A DNA stretch of 63,650 nt, the filler included, from Octopus bimaculoides (Eukaryota): assembly GCF_001194135.2 (NCBI RefSeq). It is 5 parts of 4 records of this genome, joined end to end, with 100 filler letters (N's around TTAATTAATTAA, not from the genome) between each part and the next. Parts side by side here need not be neighbours in the genome. Positions count along the whole stretch, not along the records: positions 60,978 to 63,650 come from NC_068985.1; 4 more parts are not named here. One strand, given 5' to 3'. Made by a program: the position numbers and the translations under genes. The notes beneath the pieces are model-generated. The model worked only from the letters and a program-made list of their open reading frames with translations. It was not told the origin of the DNA and made no database searches. Positions 63,337 through 63,650 of this stretch are shown one piece after another (the first letter of the stretch is position 1; every line of letters starts with the position of its first letter).

Positions 63337-63650
63337 AAAATACTGCCGTACATATCCACATACAACCCCAGAAACAAAGAAGCCTTCACCATCATCACCC
63401 AAAACATACCAATGCTACATAAGGACCCCAAATTAAAGGAAATTTTACACACACACAAAATCATTAAAAGACACAAACAACCAAAATCACTGAAAAAGAT
63501 CCTCACAAAGGCAAAATTATTTTGCAAAGTAACAGATGCGAAAGTAAAAAAATGTGGTCGACCAAATTGTGCAACATGCCCAAACATTCTAGAGGGTTCA
63601 GAATTCCTCTTCAAAGAGGGACACAAATTCAAAGTTAAATCTAACTTTAC
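63337..63650 (+). mobile_element. Penelope-like element ORF fragment (RT thumb to GIY-YIG linker), runs off the window
   Basis: Open frame KILPYISTYNPRNKEAF...KQPKSLKKILTKAKL...KCGRPNCATCPNILEG...KVKSNF; the TYNP, QPKSL and C-x4-C-x2-C pattern precedes GIY-YIG in PLEs. Not in the ORF track because it has no stop in the window. Confidence 0.75.

Overview
This is AT-rich eukaryotic genomic DNA with roughly 10 kb of assembly gaps and very dense microsatellites. The repeat landscape (tRNA-derived SINEs, Dong/R4, RTE, CR1-like and Tx1-like LINE relics, mariner, hAT, Tigger and Penelope-like pieces) suggests an octopus-type cephalopod; that is inference from recall, not a database result. Four identical 100-bp spacers (44 N + TTAATTAATTAA + 44 N) show the window is five separately assembled pieces joined in silico. 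No complete gene, rRNA, intact tRNA or CRISPR array is present, and most listed ORFs are microsatellite or gap artefacts. The only well-supported host coding sequence is a 48-nt minus-strand micro-exon (53588-53635). The most unusual object is a 352-bp fold-back element at 27331-27682. Its ~100-bp inverted arms each carry a minimal Penelope-type hammerhead-ribozyme motif, and they flank a tRNA-like Pol III promoter. Further hammerhead-like relics (33384, 57920, 63157) and a Penelope-like ORF fragment (63337-63650) lie in the same window. SINE labels A, B, C, E and F are my working names.
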